A stretch of 64,000 bases of DNA from Podarcis bocagei (lineage: Eukaryota): assembly GCA_964188305.1 (NCBI GenBank), contig OZ076885.1. The stretch is one strand, 5' to 3'. Position 1 is the first letter of the stretch. The number at the start of each line of letters is the position of its first letter. Below, piece after piece: positions 1 through 13,207 of this stretch. The translations under genes were made by a program, and so were the position numbers. The notes below the pieces were generated by a model. That model saw nothing but the letters and a program-made list of their open reading frames with translations. It made no database searches and had not been told where the DNA came from.

Positions 1-559
1 CTTTCAGCACTCATGCACTAGAGGGAGCTGCTATTCTACTAGTGATGGAGCTAAAATTTCATTTTTAAAAATAGAGCACACACAAGCCTCCCCCATTTAT
101 TTATTTATTTTCCTTCTCATTTCTAAATGGGGTATCCTACCTGCAAACCTTCTGTTGTCCCTAGGCCTAGAAGGGACTTTTGTGGCATGTAGGAAAATCC
201 TGTCTCTCCTCCCCACTTCCAATTGCACTGCTCTCATGCTACCAACTCCCCTGCCCTAAGATATTTTAAACTTTGAGGTCAGGTCATGCTATGTTGCTAT
301 TAGTGTGATGTGCAATTGCGTGTGTGTCCATACGGACATCCACATCGGGATGCACGTCCAAGGGTGCATTACATTGAAAGAAGGGTAGTGCAAACTGATG
401 CCACTCATTCAGGTTAATACATAAACTCTGTGGTCCATGTGACTTAGATCTGTGTTTCCTGATTCAGTGAGTAATGTGCATGCAACAATTGCTTCTGTGT
501 GCAGATTTCCTTGGTTGGATTGGGCAAGGAAATGTGGGAAGGTAAAAGGAGGAGACATG

Positions 560-607
560 CAACAACTAGATGATCCTCAGGAACCCTTCCAACTCGATGA
601 TTCTATG
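560..607 (+). mobile_element. CR1 LINE 3'-terminal remnant
   Basis: actagatgatcctcaggaacccttccaactcgatgattctatg resembles the CR1 3' end ending in ATTCTATG. Confidence 0.55.
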
Positions 608-2034
608 GTCTGTGGCATGATGCAGACCTAGAATGGGAGGGGTAAAGTAGCAGAAATCTGGAGGGCTGCCATCCATTAGCAAAAGTGCCTTCTGTTCACA
701 CAAGCACATTTGGGTCCACCCAATTATTTCAAGAGAACAATAACATTGCTTTCAACTTTTCTCTCTCTCCATTTCCCCCCCAATCAAGTAGAGCAGGGTG
801 GGCCAACCTTCTCAGGCCAGTGGTACATTTCAAATTTTGAGAGTGTGCCATGAGCATCAGTCACAAAATGGCTGCTAAATTCCAGATTTGTTTTCTCCCA
901 AGAAATTTGCACTTGCCAGATCCACCTCTTTGGCATCAGACAAAAGGCAAGCTTAGGCCTGGTGTCTATCTTTGGAAGAAATCAATAACAGAATAGAAAT
1001 CAAGAATTAGAATTCTGTTTTCTTCTATTAAGCTATTTCAGGTTATAACAGGTTCTACCCTGAATCCCTATTCAGTCTTTCTGTTCTCTTGGTGTCTACT
1101 GCCCCAGCAAATCACCTGGCTGTGTATATTATATTCACACGCAATTTGAAAGTACATTTCTATTATCATGAATAAGCACTTCATGGTTTATCTTCTACTG
1201 TATACGCCATCTTGTATATCTGCCACGTGTTCAGTCTGTGTCTTACACTTCTTCTAGTAGGCTCTGGCCTATGAAAACTTAGACCACTATTAAATAGTTT
1301 GTTTCTCAGGGGATATGCTTTAATTGATGCATTCTACCCTTATTAACTGATAGGTTGTAATACTGTTTTGACATTTAAATTAAGCAGGTGCTGCAAACTC
1401 TGTTGAAATCACAGTACTTTGCCTTGCTTTCCCAGTAAAAATGTCAAGAGATCTGATCACAAATCTCCTGTGTTGCATATTTAGTTTGACCCCTACACAT
1501 ACATGGATTTACCAACTGGACTTTTCTTGATCTATTACAGTGCCTGCAATTTCCCACAGAATCATGCAATCAAAAGCATTTTCCGTGTATCCACCATGCT
1601 GTTCTTGTATTGATGCACAAGCGGGAGAAATTGCCTGCTGATAGAGTATTGCCAGTGTGAATGGCATATCTACGTTGCAACTGGTTTCTGATTGAAAGGA
1701 GTTATTACATAGTGAGTGTAATGCGTATTATCTGGCCAAAGTTAGACTTTGAAGTCTCAGTGTTTTCAGTTGGAAGAGAGTTAAGCATGTCTAAACCTCC
1801 CATTGACATCTATAGGATTCAAAGGTGCTTAACTTTGTTAAGCCTCAGTGGACATTTCTGAGTCTCTGCATCTTTATCTTCATACAGGTAGCTGCATTTT
1901 ATGCAAAATAGCAGTCTTATTCCCTGTAAGTAGATTGCTGGTTTGGGGATGCACAGGTTAGTGAAGCTGCGAACAGGACAGGATTACAGACCAGAAATAC
2001 CTCCTAGATTGGCTGAAAAATATATTTTAGAAGA

Positions 2035-2036
<2 letters not shown>

Positions 2037-2074
<38 letters not shown>
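2037..2074. repeat. (AC)n microsatellite
   Basis: Read directly. Confidence 0.97.
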
Positions 2075-2076
<2 letters not shown>

Positions 2077-3129
2077 GGCCAAGGACTAGCCTTTCAGATG
2101 CCACTGCACATGGCTCTCATACTACCAAAAAGCATTGGCAGTAGCAGCCTGTGAAGAAAATGGGCTGTTATAAAAAAATAAAAATAAAAATCTTTTAAGT
2201 ATTTTGTAAAGAGACGGGGCGATTAATTTGTGGCTTGATTCATGACTTGAAGGTTCCAGAAAAATAACTTAGAAGGTGTCACAAATTAATCAAGGGAAGA
2301 TAAGATATATCATAGGCAATTGTTTTCTGTGAAGCTTTTGAAATGTATGTGGATTGAGGGGCAAATCAAAGGCAACTCCATGCTGTAATTTAGCCAGGGT
2401 CTTCCTTGACATTCAGATCAGGAGGATCTCAGAAAAGGGGACAACCCTGTTGCAGCGGAGAATGAAGAAAGGAGATCTATGTAAGTCTTTAACTTAAGGA
2501 CCGCCTATGTGAGGGAAAAGCTCGATGCACTTAACCCATTTTACTTTGCTCCACTTGGGAAATTGCTTTGTGTGCATGCAACCATACATTTACACTTTAT
2601 TTCCTAAGAACAAACATTATTATCTTCCCAGTGAACTTTTAATATTACTTCACAAAACCTCAAAGCCTTTAATTTAATTTAAGCCGCCCCATGCCCCAAG
2701 AGACACAAGGGAGTCTTAGACCGTTTGGTGAAAGGCAGCCTGGAGGAATAAAGACATTTAACCTGGCGGTAGCAAAACATAAACAGGGAGGGAAAGCACA
2801 CTGGGGAGCAACACTGCTTTGGCCGGATCTCCCTTCCCTGCAGAGTTTAATCTGGAGTGCCGTGACACAGCCTTCCTCTTGATTCCTTTGAGCCTGGGAG
2901 AGAGGGGGTGTAAAGAGGTGGAGGGAATAAGGCTCAGAGAACTGAACCTTCAAGATCCTTGAGGAATGCATGGCCTCAGGATCTACCTCCCCCCATCTCT
3001 TTTAGTTCCAAGATGGAGAATTTCACCTCAATATGGGAAGCTTTCTTGAAGAACTTCTTTGGGGGGGGGTTATCTGTTTTTCCAAGAAATCTCTCTATAA
3101 ACTAATATATTCATGTGCATTATTCATGA

Positions 3130-3398
3130 TGTGTCAATGGGTGGTGTCGATTGAGTGACGCTCTGGCAGTTGGGCAGGCGTTTGGCAGCTTCTGCCGGCG
3201 ATGTGACAGATGGGAGGTGGATTTTGTGATGTGTGTGGAGGAGCGATTTTTGGCAATTTCCCTTTAAAAAAGCTCAGCAACCCTGGCTAATCCCCGCTCC
3301 CCAAAAGCTCAACTCCTCTGTGCCATCTCCCCCCATTTTCTTAAATTTGACTCCCCAAAAATTATACACGGGGGTGTCTTATAGACCGAAAAGAACAG
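3130..3398 (+). mobile_element. Degraded right-end fragment of the DNA transposon family at 6544-7041
   Basis: Shares aagctcaac...gccatctcccc...cattttcttaaa...tccccaaaaa...ttataca(c/t)ggggg(t/c)gtcttatagac with 6938-7041. The left boundary is approximate. Confidence 0.65.
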
Positions 3399-6385
3399 TA
3401 TATCCTTAATGTGCAAATGTCTATAAGTAAGCTCCTTGTTGATGGCTCAGGCTACAATCCTTGATAGCAATACAGGTGTGGAAGATACATGCATATACAC
3501 TTTTTAAAAAAGAAAAGAAATAGCACACTTGCCTGTTGGACTAGGTAGGCTGCTTTTCTTTTCAAATGTCTTTCCTCTTCAGCCACATGATCAGCTGCAC
3601 TAAAAGCATTTGATATATCTCCGCACTACGTTATGAAAGCCCTTCCTTAATATATGGTGGTATTGCGGTTTTCAAATAAGTAGCTAACAGAATCTTGGTG
3701 ACAACCAGCAAATGCATAGCGGCGTTTTACTGGCAGTCAAAGTCTGTTATCTTAAAAAAATAAATAAATCCAAATTAAGATTAATCCCAATGATTTGACC
3801 ATTTACTTCCAATATTTGCAACCACAACCTCTTCATTGAATTACAGTTTCACCAAAGAAGCATGAATTTGAAATACCATTTAGAGCACATGAACCAATTG
3901 GTTTTGAAGAATTCTGTTTATTCCAACACAAATCGTCTGCTGCCTTAACTGTCTAGTATTGAAGCTGCTGAAAACTGTAACAAACTGATGAAATTTTAAT
4001 ACTTTTATGACTGGCATCTTTTATACGAGCTCCCAAATCAATAATTCTTATCAACATGTCTTAACAAGCAATTTTTCAAAGGGTACTTTTCTTAATAAAT
4101 GTCTTGTTCAACAACTGCCTTCTTAATTAGTTGGCTGACGCAGCAATAATTAATGCTTTACACGTTTTCCCAGCAAGTGATTCCAGGCAGGCCTCTCAAC
4201 AGTCTCCTCCTTGGGAGAATTTAGGATAAGTGCCACATGTTCGATGGCTAAGCAATTTAAAATTCCATCATCAGTAATCATTTTGCAGGATGACTGGGTG
4301 TAATTATGCATCATGGCTGCCTGTTGATCATTGCAACTCTCAGGCTACAAATTGCTATTTTTCCAAGCATGGTAGTTTAACCTATTTATTCTAATAGAGA
4401 CCTTCTAAAATCTATGAAAATGCGTATTTATGCAGGGGTACCCTCTTCCAAATTGAGGTGAACTCTGGAAATAAACTTCAGTGTACAGTCTAATTGAAGC
4501 ATTTCACCAGAAGTTGATATCATTTGTTCTTAGACAAGCAGAGAGTAGGATCAACAATCAAAGTCAATTCATTTTAAGTAAACAAGCTTATTCCCACTTT
4601 CTTTACAGAGAACAATACTCTGCATCTCATTTCTTAGATGCCATTTTTTGGGGGTTTTTTATGGCATTGCTTGGATCTAGGTTGGCCTTGGCAAAGTAAA
4701 TTACTTTACCATTAACCTGTCGGTCACTAGATGAGAATGGTATTTTCTATGGATTGCACCATGTCCAGACTGCTTTTTTCTCTTTTTCTTTTAAAAGCTA
4801 CAGTCTTACCATTCTATCAAGGTGGGCTAACCTGTCAAAAACAGACCCACTGTAAAGAGTGGCCTGTCAAGTGTTAAGAATGGATAAACTGAAAAGAACA
4901 ATATATGGCTTACTGAACAAATGCTCAAGGGGGAAAATTGGGATATAGTCTGTAGAGCCCAATGCCCTGATGCTTTGAAAATAACAGGGAAGTGCAGTAT
5001 GGGCAAGGGAAAACTTAATTAACACTTGCCACTAGTAATAGAAACAAAAGGGGAAATTTTGTTTACCTTTTAGCTGCGGAAGAAATAACTGAAAATAACA
5101 TGTAAGAAGTAAACACACGGACTAAGTTAACCAATGTAACAGCAGAAGGATGCATTAAATGTGCATAAGTAATTATGAATTCATGGTATCACTTGCCTGG
5201 AAAAAGAATATCAGTTTAAAAGTAAATTTGATGTGTCATAACATATTTACATTTCTCTTAATCTTAAACATTTGTGCACCGTTAATGTAGAAGCTTAAGT
5301 GTTAAATTTCGCAGAGTAATTCAAATTACTGGATCAGTTGTATGAGTGTTTTAGAGCACCATTTAACTTTCTCTGTTAGTTCCCCACCCGTATGGTGGGC
5401 GATGGAGAGATTGTGACTACAATCTACAGTGGTGCGTGGAATCTGCAATAGGTTCTCTGGGGTTATTGTTGTTGTTTTATATAGAATTTCCTTAATTCAA
5501 AGCTTTTCTAAGTGAAACTTAGAAACTTTCAAAAGTGAAACAGCATATGTGTACAAGACTCAGTGCTTTTATGAGAGCTTGAAAAGCAGCTTGCATGGGG
5601 GGGGGGGAGGAGTGGGAGCTGTTGAGAAGAGAATGCTCTAAGAAATATAGGGTTGTGTACTTACACTGTGTGAGTGCTGCTCCGGGTCCCATTAAACTTT
5701 ATTTAGAAATGTCAAGGTTTACATATGGTCACTGCTTTCATTAAAATGTTAATGCTGCTTAACTGCTCAAATAAAGTATGTCTTAAGTACACAGTGCTGG
5801 TGAGAACACTTTTGAACCGTCTGTTGTTGTTTTTTAATAGGACTCCTGAATTATTCAGTGAGCTCACAGGTACATGGCACAGTTATTCTCAAATTGTGTT
5901 TACCCAGTAGCTTAAATGCCGCCCACTGTGACGTTTATTAGCACACCCGCCCTGCACAATGCAGAGGGGATGGTGATCTCTACCAAAGGGTGTGTTCACA
6001 CCTCTCTGACAGCAGAAACTGAGCAGTAATTTAGGTTGTGTTTATTTTACCAATTAGTCTGCATCCAGTTGTCTCCCATTGCTAGTTTTTGAAGTTTCAT
6101 GCATATGACATTAGCAACAATCCATATTGATTCTGCAGTTCCTTGAGAAATACAGTTGTTTGATGTGTTTTTCCTCAAACCAGCTTCAGTCCAGCTGGGA
6201 AACCTTAGCCACATTCACTTCGCAGTTAAGCCAGGTGTGTACATTTGAGAGCACCAATGTACATGCATGGAAGAGCACACCTGTGCAGATGACAGCTTCA
6301 TAAATAGGAGCTCCAGAGGGGTTGCAGGCTTGGGGAAACCGAACAGGTAGCACAGGCGAAGACACCCCTGACCCCTCTCTGTGAA

Positions 6386-6446
6386 TGTTGTTGTTGTTTA
6401 GTCGTTTAGTCGTGTCCGACTCTTCGTGACCCCATGGACCAGAGCA
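6386..6446 (-). mobile_element. RTE-BovB LINE 3' end, heavily 5'-truncated
   Basis: Minus strand reads tgctctggtccatggggtcacgaagagtcggacacgactaaacgactaaac followed by (aac)n. It translates as the BovB-type ALVHGVTKSRTRLND. Confidence 0.85.
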
Positions 6447-6543
6447 TAGTATATGTGTATAGCAAGGTGCAAATGTGAATTGAAATGCAGAGGGGTATAG
6501 GGACAGGGAATGGCTTCACTGCATTTTAAGCGGCTAATGTGTA

Positions 6544-7041
6544 CCTTATTTTTCCGTGCATTAGTCAAGATTTTTTGACTCAAAATTTTTTCTCCAGTAC
6601 ACAGATAGTGGCATGGGGAAGAGAAGCTGCGTGCTGCCAGCCAGCCAGTTGGCAGAAGCGCACATTCCTCCTATGCCACTGTGCATGGGAAACACTCCCT
6701 AGATCGTTTCCCGTGCACAGTGGCATCCTGGGACGTTGCGCTCCCACCAACCGGCGGGCGGGAGCGCAACTTCCCCTGATGCCACTGCACACAGGAAACA
6801 CTCTTGCCAACCAGCTGGCGGGCAGGAGCACAACTTCCCCTGATGCCGCTGTGCGCGGGAAAAGATCTAGGGAGTGTTTCCCATGTGCAGGCTATGCCCA
6901 TGCACAGTGGCATAGCCTGCAGCTGCATGGGAGGAGAAGCTCAACAACTTTGGGCCATCTCCCCTCATTTTCTTAAAATGGAGTCCCCAAAAATAGAGGG
7001 GGTATTATACATGGGGGCGTCTTATAGACGGGAAAATACGG
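6544..7041. mobile_element. Non-autonomous Tc1/mariner-pogo-type DNA transposon with internal palindrome
   Basis: Imperfect TIRs ccttatttttccgtgcat / tatagacgggaaaatacgg, with TA on the left and CA on the right. GC-rich internal inverted repeat at 6671-6915. Explains the ORFs at 6539-7082. Confidence 0.75.
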
Positions 7042-8055
7042 CATATAGCATCAGCAATAAAGTGCTTACATTTAATAGGTAATGCAAGTGAAGTGGAAGG
7101 AATAGGTTTAATACCCACTGAGGGTAGCATGTACAGTGCAGGTGTTTTACTATTGAAGTAACTTCTGCAGCAAACTACTTCTGTTCGAGAAATAAGTAAA
7201 TATATATAGTTTTTTGGCCTAAGGACTCCCACGGTAGGTACAAATGAACCCAGGGAATTCTCAGCATACATTGTGAACTACAATCTGTTCAATCTTTGAG
7301 GAAAGCCTTGGCAGTTGAAAATGTACAACTGGCAATCTGATATCACCGAGTTAGCACTGTTACATCACTTCCACGAGTGGAACTATTCCTTAAAATAGAT
7401 GGTGGAGCAATTTGGAAGTTGGTAGATTAAAAGAACACATCCCAAAGTGCAGTTTAAAATATGCCCCTGCACATTCTACCAGCTGTAATCTTTTTTTCTT
7501 TTTCTTTTTTTGTAAAGAAAAAAGTATTGGAAGATTTTTCTTCCAATTCGAAGTAGAGATTTGAGGTCATGTGCAAGAAACAATTTTTCTTGCACCATTA
7601 TAGATCATTCCTGTCTCAAATGCTGAAGAACCACAGTATTTTTCACATCCCAGCCAAAGTACATCTTCTACGTACACCACCCTTCAGAAATCATAGAGGT
7701 CCCCCCCTCCCCCCCTTTTGAACCTTTTCTCTCATGGTTAAATGCATCAGAATGAGTGTTGCTTTAAGGGCCTGGCTACCTTAATATTTTTATTTATGTT
7801 CAGGGGTTTGATGCCACAGTTTTAAATAAAACTGCTCAATTGTTGCTAATCCCATATGTAATTGGAGCCCTGTTATAAACAGTGGTATTGCTTGTGCACT
7901 GAGAGGCATGTAAGAAGAACTGACAATGACTTGGCATGGTGTAGCACAAACACATGTGCATGTGGACTGCTGGAGCTTGGAGATCTGAAGCCATGCCACT
8001 CAGGCTAGGAGCAAGTACAGAAGAAGATCAGCCCCTTTGTGGTCTTTACTTTACT

Positions 8056-8314
8056 AGAGAGCCAGTGTGGTGTAGTGGTTAAGAGTGGTAGATTTGTAAT
8101 CTGGGGAACCGGGTTCGCATCCCTGCTCCTCCACATGCAGCTGCTGGGTGACCTTGAGCTAGTCACGCTTCTTTGAAGTCTCTCAGCCTCACTCACCTCA
8201 CAGAGTGTTTGTTGTGGGGGAGGAGGAGAAAGGTGATTGTTAGCTGCTTTGAGGCTCCTTAGGGTAGTGATAAAGCAGGATATCAAATACAAACTCTTCT
8301 TCTTCTTCTTCCTT
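8056..8314 (+). mobile_element. tRNA-derived SINE (Squam3-like) with (CTT)n tail
   Basis: A box tggtgtagtggtt, B box gggttcgcatccc, CORE-like gggtgaccttgagctagtca, L2-like 3' region and (ctt)n tail. Confidence 0.85.
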
Positions 8315-8794
8315 CCCCATTTTATCCTGTATCTGCCTGTCACTGTATCTCCTTTGCAATAACCACTTGTATGAATTTTTTCAAGGTCACAGCCACTTTA
8401 TCAAAATAAATCTTCTCAGTGCTCTCACCAGCTCAGCAACAGACCAAGACTACTTGTGATGCTTCTTTGGGCTCTGTCAGTAGATCGGTGGCCTTGCTGT
8501 TGCTGTCTGGCAACGCTGATTTGGCACTGGTGATGACAATGAAAAGTGGAAAGCCCTGGAAGTGCACACTTTCAGACCCATTTTAGGTGTTGGTATCATC
8601 ATCTTCTATGCTCAAAGGCAGTATTCACTTCTGTGATTTTTTCCCAGTAAGGTGCTGTTGGATCTCTCTAACCTTGTGTAGCAACATAAGATTTACCTTT
8701 AACCACCTGTAAAGGCTGTAGTTCTGTACAGGATTTAAATGTATAGAAATTAAGTTTCTCCAGTTTAGAAGAGACTGCACTTCTCCTTTTCTGA

Positions 8795-8795
8795 A

Positions 8796-8840
<45 letters not shown>
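8795..8840. repeat. (AC)n(AG)n compound microsatellite
   Basis: Read directly. Confidence 0.97.
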
Positions 8841-9493
8841 TCTTGATTGAAATTTCAGGATGAGCAAAGCTGATTATTATTTGATGGAAATCAGTTTAAT
8901 GTCTGTAGCATCCGAAATGGAAGCTTTCTAGTAAAATATACAGCTAAGGTTGATTGCTCTGAACAAAATGATGAGCAGAGAAATATCTGTCATACTAAAA
9001 CCTTACACTGATTGGGCAGATGGTAGCTTAACACAACTTAGGGGGGAAATAGAAGAGATAGAATGGCTTTTTGTGTAACACAAAGAGAAGCCCACCAAGG
9101 TTTTCTGGCCTTAATAGCCACCCAGAAGCTTGGGGTCAACAGCTATCTGCCCGTCCCGTAAGGAGCAGCATATTGCGCTTGGCCTCAGGCTGTGTGTCTG
9201 AATCTTAACATGAGGTTAGAGATGATCCCCACATCCACCTTATGGAAGACAGTAGGGCAGTGTACTTGCTGTGCTTTAAATGCCCACAAAAACAAGCTCT
9301 CCACCTTGCAGCTGCAAAGGGATGGGTGGGGATTGTCCAGCAGTTCCACTGCATTTCAGAGTCTTTGGGAGGGCTTTGCAATCCATTGCAAAGGAAGCAG
9401 CTGATCTCTGTCCTTTTGCATTGCAGTTCTTTCCATGTGCCTTGGAAGCACGGGACCAAGACAAACCCAGCCTTCCTATTTAATTTCAAGCTG

Positions 9494-9495
<2 letters not shown>

Positions 9496-9529
<34 letters not shown>
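9496..9529. repeat. (GT)n microsatellite
   Basis: Read directly. Confidence 0.97.
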
Positions 9530-9530
<1 letters not shown>

Positions 9531-10469
9531 GGGAAGACTGTTCATACCACTGAGTTGTGCTTCCAGGCACCTCCGAATTGCAGTACAACAGCAGGGAGGT
9601 TCTCTGCATCAAGGATGCAGTTCCTTATGCTTACCACAATGAGCATGGAAGTCATAACCCCTCTCTTAACACAAGTTATCTGAATGCAGCCTTGATGTTC
9701 TTCCTTGTAATTTCCAGCTGTTACAGGGGTCACTAAACACACAGTCCTTATAGGTCTTTTAAAATCCATGTTCATTATTGACCAAGGTGGTGCTCTCTGA
9801 ACCAGAGATTCTGCAAACAGTAATAGAAAATTCAGACTTCCCTACCAAGGGCTGCCATACTGAAAAGAACTCTTGTGTGAAAGGCTTCAAGCAAAGCGGA
9901 AGATGAAAGTTGGTGTTGATTAATTTTGACATGACAAAGTTCTGCTCATCTTCAAAGAGCATTTGCCTCGTTCTATTTTGGAATGTAGTAGAGGGCAGGG
10001 GATGAAGGTCACCCACTTGGAAGAACAATAGCGTTGGGGTACTTGCAAAATGGAATTGAAAAAGAGGAAGGCATCCACTATTAGGGCTTTACCAGAAATG
10101 GACAAAACTTGTTTGTGAGATCCTTATTTGTAAAAGATGATAGATAAATAGTGTACATTGCCTGGTACTGAACTGAAAATGGAAGCAGGTGGAAATATAA
10201 ATACCACAAGATTTCTCAATTTACAGAAGGGGATATTGACATTGGCTTGTTTCCCCCCACAAAAAAGGAAAGAGAGAATTTTTTTTTTAAAAAAAATCAT
10301 TTCCAATGCTACCAGAACTGGAGGGCACATAATGAACTGTAAAAGAAAATAGCAAATGTATGATCATGCTATGGTGCACCTCTTCGCAATAAGAAGGTTT
10401 TTTCTAATGTGTAGCAAACTCTTTTTTTGCTGGTTGAGAATGTAGAGCTACATGGTATGGTTGATGCCA

Positions 10470-10606
10470 NNNNNNNNNNNNNNNNNNNNNNNNNNNNNNN
10501 NNNNNNNNNNNNNNNNNNNNNNNNNNNNNNNNNNNNNNNNNNNNNNNNNNNNNNNNNNNNNNNNNNNNNNNNNNNNNNNNNNNNNNNNNNNNNNNNNNNN
10601 NNNNNN
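10470..10606. other. Assembly gap (137 N)
   Basis: Run of N. The right edge abuts a repeat tail (gggctcagggcggctaac) and a MITE. Confidence 0.99.
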
Positions 10607-10657
10607 CCAGAGCCGGGCTCAGGGCGGCTAACGCCAGTAAAATTACAGTAAAAAATA

Positions 10658-10868
10658 CAGTCATACCTCGGGTTGAATGTGCTTCAGGTTGAGTGCTTTC
10701 GGGTTGCGCTCCGTGGCAACCCGGAAGTAATGGAGCGCGTTACTTCCGGGTTTCGCCACTTGCGCATGTGCAGACGCTCAAAATGACATCACGCGCATGC
10801 ACAGAAGCAGCAAAATGTGACCCACGCATTCTCAAAAAGGAGCCCGTTCGCATCCCGAGATACCACTG
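10658..10868. mobile_element. Tc1/mariner-type MITE in CHID1 intron
   Basis: TA|cagtcatacctcggg ... cccgagataccactg|TA; CpG-rich; internal palindrome aacccggaagtaa / ttacttccgggtt. Confidence 0.85.
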
Positions 10869-11061
10869 TAATAGGAAAAGAAAAACCAATTTAAAATACA
10901 GGTTAAAATGTAATTTAAAATGCAGCCTCATTTTAAAAGTAGCCCATAGATCATATAAATGTGTGGCTGGAAGATGGTCATTTTAAAATATTATGTTACT
11001 GTTGCTATATATAGATTCTAGAGAGAATTCAGGAATTCTGTTCTTTTTTCCCTTTTTTTAG

Positions 11062-11142
11062 GTATATAGAAATCTTGAAGGAGCATAAACCTAAGCTGGT
11101 TTGGGATGAACAAATAGCTGAACACTATTTTGAATACAAAAA
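11062..11142 (+). CDS. CHID1: CHID1 (chitinase domain-containing 1) internal coding exon, third from last
   Basis: Acceptor ttttttag| and donor |gtgagt; 81 nt, phase 2/2. Encodes (R)[26 protein letters not shown](K), matching human CHID1 RYIQTLKDHRPRMVWDSQASEHFFEYKK as recalled. Confidence 0.96.
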
Positions 11143-12687
11143 GTGAGTTGCCCCCCCCTTTCTAATATTTATTTGTTTGTTTTTATACAAAATTAATGGG
11201 AGCAACTGCCTCCAGATTTTACTTTACTCAAAGCAGAGGAATGAAAAACTGTTGTTGTTGTTGTTTTATTTAAAAAGTAAAAAAAGCATAATAATCAGTT
11301 CAGCAATACTCAGTGCAATTAGATCAATAGCAGGATTTTGCCACCTTTACAATAGACAAGTGCCACTCCTTTAAGGAAAATAAGAGGATTCAGTGAGGAG
11401 TTATTGTGAAACTATCCTTGATTTTAATAGCAATCCAGTTAAAATTATGCACATGAATCAGGTTACACTTTATTTTGTTGTAAATTTCTAGTGGAAATTA
11501 GACACCAAACTATTCTCAAAAAGTAGCTTTCAAAGGGTGACATTAAATGTTGGGTTATTCCAGATGCTCTGTCTCCACAAGTATATCAGCTTGCCAGACA
11601 GAAAGATCCCCTTCCACCCATATGCTGTTTTGGGGTTTCTCCTGACCCCATTCCCTGAGCCAATTTTAGGGGTCCAGAAGAACACGGTGGGGAAGAGATG
11701 GGGAAAACCCTTACAGCGCAAGGGAAACCCTTGTTTAGGGCTTCCGCTGACGGGGTTCGTTAGGTAAATCCTGCCCAATGTCTCTTGTGGCATACTTAAA
11801 CTGGCCACTTTTTAATTGCAAGAGCCCCATGTTGGTATCCTACTTGAAAATCACCGCTCCCTGGTTGCTCCTACATGTAATGTTTGCAGCAAACAGCACC
11901 TTTGGGTGCAAATGGCAGTATTAGTGAGCAAAGGTAAGCAAGCTTTTGAAAAATGTGAATAACATGTAGCTTGGCCCTAAGCATGTCCTCGGAGAATTGA
12001 AGGCCAAGAGACATTGAATTTAAGCAGTGCAGGTTGGGGTGAGGGGCTACCATTTGCCTTTAGATCCTTTTAAGACCACAACTCAGAAAAAGAGTGAAAC
12101 CTTATCTGTGACATTCCACAACGTGCCCCTTTTTGAGCAGCTGCTGTTCTGCTTGTCTCCTTGCTTTCCATTAGGTATTGACCACCGGACTGTATAATGG
12201 TTTGACCAAATCACTTTCCTCTTCCACCTTCCCACCCCCTCAATTTATATGGATTTTGGCTACCCACACGGCAGAAAAGTATACCCACTTGTGAAGCATC
12301 TCATCTGCAGTCACTGAGAAGTCTAGATTCTAAACTAAATGCAAAAGCCAAGAAATGAAATCATAGAAGTTTAAACAACTTATGCTCACTTTCAAAACCC
12401 TTTGCCCTTCAATCAGCCATTGATTATACTAGAAGCTGCTTCTGGACAGCTTTGCTAGTTCTGAGTTTTTTTCAGCCTGCAGGCTCCTTAAAGTACAGTC
12501 TCTGTCTCTGTCACTCTTTCTTAGTATGAACTTCTTTATTTTATTGTACAAACAACCCATAATTCTTTGTCTCTCCCTTCTCTGTTCCCTGGAAAGAAAC
12601 AATTTCAGGGTGGGATAAAATACACAAGATATATGTCTCATGATAATATCAATTTTCATAACTGTTTTCTCTTTTTGTGCTTTGTAG

Positions 12688-12730
12688 AAGTAAAGGAGGC
12701 AAGCATGCAGTCTTCTATCCAACTTTAAAG
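12688..12730 (+). CDS. CHID1: CHID1 penultimate coding exon
   Basis: Acceptor ctttttgtgctttgtag| and donor aag|gtatgc; 43 nt. Encodes (K)SKGGKHAVFYPTLK (human SRSGRHVVFYPTLK). The frame joins both neighbouring exons. Confidence 0.96.
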
Positions 12731-13006
12731 GTATGCACCCTTCTGTTTTGGAAACAAAAAGGAACATGGCCAAAGGCTCAATCTGATTTTAATGGAGTTG
12801 GAATGCATCCAAAGCGCGAGTTTATTTTATATACAGTTACTCCAAGGCAGGATGTATACATCAGCTGAATAAATTGGTTGCACATTACATTCTTCTGTTT
12901 GCTAGGAATAAATTGTCAGATTACTTAATGACAAAAATTCAAAGCAAATGCTGTTTAGTTTAATGGCTTCTTATGAAATAAAATGAAAGGTATTTATGCT
13001 GCTTAG

Positions 13007-13207
<201 letters not shown>

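Noticed and set aside
5841-5869. 29-nt micro-exon candidate in CHID1 intron (tttttaatag| ... cag|gtacat)
   Set aside because: Weak donor, frameshifting, and no CHID1 homology.
6539-7082. Overlapping ORFs of 83-145 aa on both strands
   Set aside because: By-product of the GC-rich palindromic transposon interior; no transposase motifs.
8056-8135. tRNA gene
   Set aside because: The A and B boxes belong to a SINE head. There is no complete cloverleaf and the sequence runs on into the SINE body.
9192-9775. Cluster of ORFs in several frames
   Set aside because: Centred on a (GT)n microsatellite, which lacks stop codons.
1-11061. Further upstream CHID1 exons (PGPNAP.../LLGLNFYG...)
   Set aside because: No matching coding sequence found by eye. 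They probably lie upstream of the window, though the N gap cannot be inspected.
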